Assembly (NCBI GenBank): GCA_039806835.1
Contig: JBDHQD010000006.1
Location: 174,443-238,442, forward strand
From: Prosthecobacter sp.
GTDB lineage: Bacteria; Verrucomicrobiota; Verrucomicrobiia; Verrucomicrobiales; Verrucomicrobiaceae
Length of the DNA: 64,000 nucleotides
Direction of reading: 5' to 3'
Below are positions 63,201-64,000 of this stretch, piece after piece. The notes under the pieces are model-generated. The model made no database searches. It saw nothing but the letters and a program-made list of their open reading frames with translations, and was not told the origin of the DNA. Numbering within the stretch: the stretch's first letter is position 1; every line of letters begins with the position of its first letter. The translations under genes were made by a program, and so were the position numbers.

Positions 63201-63507
63201 CAAGCTCTTGAGTCGCCCTTCGCGTGATGCTGTGTGTTGGCGGGAGAAGCGTTTCGAGATCCTGCTCGAGGGTGAGTGGCTCAGCGGCACTTTTGATCGC
63301 GTGGTGTTAGAGGCTGATCGAGCGACCATCCTCGATTTCAAGACGGATAAAACGGAGACAGATGAAGCGCTCGCTGCGCGCATGGAGAGCTACCGCCCGC
63401 AGCTCGATACTTATCGCAAAGTGCTCGCGCGCATGACCGGCCTCTCAGCCGAGAAGATCGGCTGCCAGCTTTTGTTTACCCATCGTGGGCAAGTCGTGAC
63501 GTTGTGA
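60205..63507 (+). CDS. addA: AddA-like UvrD/Rep-family helicase with C-terminal PD-(D/E)XK nuclease
   Basis: Motif I ASAGSGKTWQLTNRF and motif II HWLLDEFQDTNSIQW. Contains QAIYAWRGGD and MTIHKSKGLTFD. C-terminal nuclease GTLVHALFE ... FDRVVLEADRATILDFKTDK ... YRPQLDTY. Confidence 0.88.
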   Translation: MTIPNEMILASAGSGKTWQLTNRFIAIMGRQLLTGKEVTPERIVALTFTRKAAGEFFDSILEKLAKAASDEKFAAGLAGDEALDPEAKDDPLRPILRALQPADYQTLLRVFITRMPRLFLGTLDSFFAAILRSFPAEFGLAGGFEILSGHPAEEQRERVCRVVFQRALPSLQRQSESLAAQQEFLEAFRRATFGREESRIREVFDEFVEYQHEILLHAPERRLWGEAGTIWPKGCHWLDAQVDLQKARQQLRERLEAADTHEKSWEFWNEFLEELADYLPGGKLTSRVDFFVKKALEQWSAIEAKNCELTVNRQKQKLEGHLCDAFAAVIRHIVGGELRARLERTRGVWAVLTRYEQAWAREVRRRGRLTFKDMALILGGHEFTPGLRRPHLTQALSTDERLRIDYRLDARYDHWLLDEFQDTNSIQWSVIENLIDEVVQDTEDARTLFQVGDVKQAIYAWRGGDTRLFDDIFARYSAGSNQRVRKRPLNVSWRSGHDVIDMVNRVFGDTAALNELKLPAETIQRWPWQPHQVAAVHDAMPGHAMLLHPVPADGEKVTQEDLFEVALALLEEIQPVQRGWSCAILVQSNKDGREIVDFIRSRTEGRIPVMCESEIAIATDNALTLALLSILKVAAHPGDTFAWQHLLMTPFRHLLEGKTPGHLAREVMRMVFDEGFEATLRHWTRALEEGGTPLDVFSRHRVEDFALAARLFDEGGTRDVDEFITYAEAYTVGEPDTRQAVQVMTIHKSKGLTFDCVILPDVEGKKLTEVRRGIGVKRARDRQVEWVYDLPPSDLVRADAQLAAFRAGQEADAAYEELCKFYVALTRAKHANYIIAKPPGKNSKSENFIKLLHQTLVGDRKPTEREFGGARVMVAFESDTKSTQPHWYEKASSKAPAPPPSPAPPVPVTGGGRRRPTRRTPSGSETSVVTARQLFSRGGRFARAYGTLVHALFEQIEWLDEMNTEQINTAWASVPCVDEGVRARAEEEARRCLATAEVRKLLSRPSRDAVCWREKRFEILLEGEWLSGTFDRVVLEADRATILDFKTDKTETDEALAARMESYRPQLDTYRKVLARMTGLSAEKIGCQLLFTHRGQVVTL

Positions 63508-63549
63508 CGCCACGACTTGCGGTGAGTCCATCAAAATCACCCAAGCATC

Positions 63550-64000
63550 TCACCCACGCTCAAACACCACCTTGCCCTCTTTGAGTGCTGCGGTGATGTG
63601 GTCGCCTTCTTTGAAGTCGCCTTCGAGGACGGCGAGGCTGAGCGGATCGAGAAGATGCTTCTGGATGGCGCGCTTGAGCGGTCGAGCGCCGAAGACGGGA
63701 TCGAAACCGGCGTCGGCGAGATGCCTCGTGGTGTCGTCGGTGACGACGAGGTGGATGTTCTGCTTCGCGAGGCGGTCGATGACGCGCTGGAGTTGGATTT
63801 TGACGATCTTGTCGAGCTGCGCGGCATCGAGACGATCGAAGATGACGATTTCGTCGATGCGGTTGAGAAACTCAGGTCGGAAGAACTGCTTCAGACTGTC
63901 GCGCACGAGCGCGTCGCGCTGCTCGGGATTGCTGACATCCTGAATGGCGGCACTGCCGATGTTGCTGGTCATGATGAGCACCGTGTTCTTGAAATCGACC
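63550..64000 (-). CDS. clpB: Chaperone ClpB, C-terminal part (gene continues beyond window end)
   Basis: VDFKNTVLIMTSNIGS, the FRPEFLNRIDEIVIFDRL sensor region and FGARPLKRAIQ. The frame stays open to position 64000. Confidence 0.9.
   Translation of the reverse strand, partial: VDFKNTVLIMTSNIGSAAIQDVSNPEQRDALVRDSLKQFFRPEFLNRIDEIVIFDRLDAAQLDKIVKIQLQRVIDRLAKQNIHLVVTDDTTRHLADAGFDPVFGARPLKRAIQKHLLDPLSLAVLEGDFKEGDHITAALKEGKVVFERG

Noticed and set aside
1-64000. CRISPR arrays, IS elements, rRNA operons, toxin-antitoxin pairs and known defence genes
   Set aside because: No regularly spaced direct repeats, terminal inverted repeats with transposase, rRNA-like sequence or small paired ORFs with recognisable TA/defence motifs were seen on either strand. 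The only repeats found are the heptad element (1328-1409), the RlpA coding repeat and the short repeats around tRNA-Gly.

Overview
This is a gene-dense, high-GC segment; hand counts of single 60-nt lines mostly give 57-65% GC. I saw no rRNA, CRISPR array, transposase, integrase or recognisable defence gene. The gene content points to a PVC-superphylum genome, most likely Verrucomicrobiota, but that is inference only. The relevant genes are a PSD1-type DUF1549/DUF1553 cytochrome protein, a TAT-signal DUF3500-like protein, a CxPxR sulfatase, a 2073-aa TPR-like protein, a long NagB, a Chlamydia-like STAS/PP2C partner-switching pair and cdaA-glmM.

I call 48 protein-coding genes (two partial at the window edges), one tRNA-Gly(UCC) with a plausible sigma70-type promoter, and a few hairpins, terminators and repeats. 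Most genes are housekeeping: bioD, glmM, cdaA, priA, grpE, dnaJ, sbcD, nagB, PDH E1beta/E2, an RpoD-like sigma factor, coaB, suhB, ilvD, deoC, ABC-F, AddAB-like and clpB. All product calls rest on motifs I recognise in the translated ORF track; no searches were run.

I cannot point to a clear-cut novel system. The best candidates for undescribed biology are:
- a secreted giant-TPR / lipoprotein / CocE-NonD hydrolase operon divergent from a Fur-family regulator (12115-20681);
- an export-only polysaccharide module (beta-barrel, Wzc-like, Wza-like plus an unknown secreted protein) directly downstream of tRNA-Gly (36335-41045);
- a lipoprotein-STAS-PP2C partner-switching unit fused to grpE-dnaJ with no kinase/anti-sigma partner (6406-10754);
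- a cdaA / minimal-CdaR / glmM c-di-AMP module (1413-3892);
- an uncharacterised membrane protein after the sigma gene (31998-33581);
- a 7-nt-phased GTTC/GAAC inverted repeat upstream of a stand-alone bioD (1328-1409).

Many long ORFs in the track are antisense artefacts of the high GC content and are rejected.
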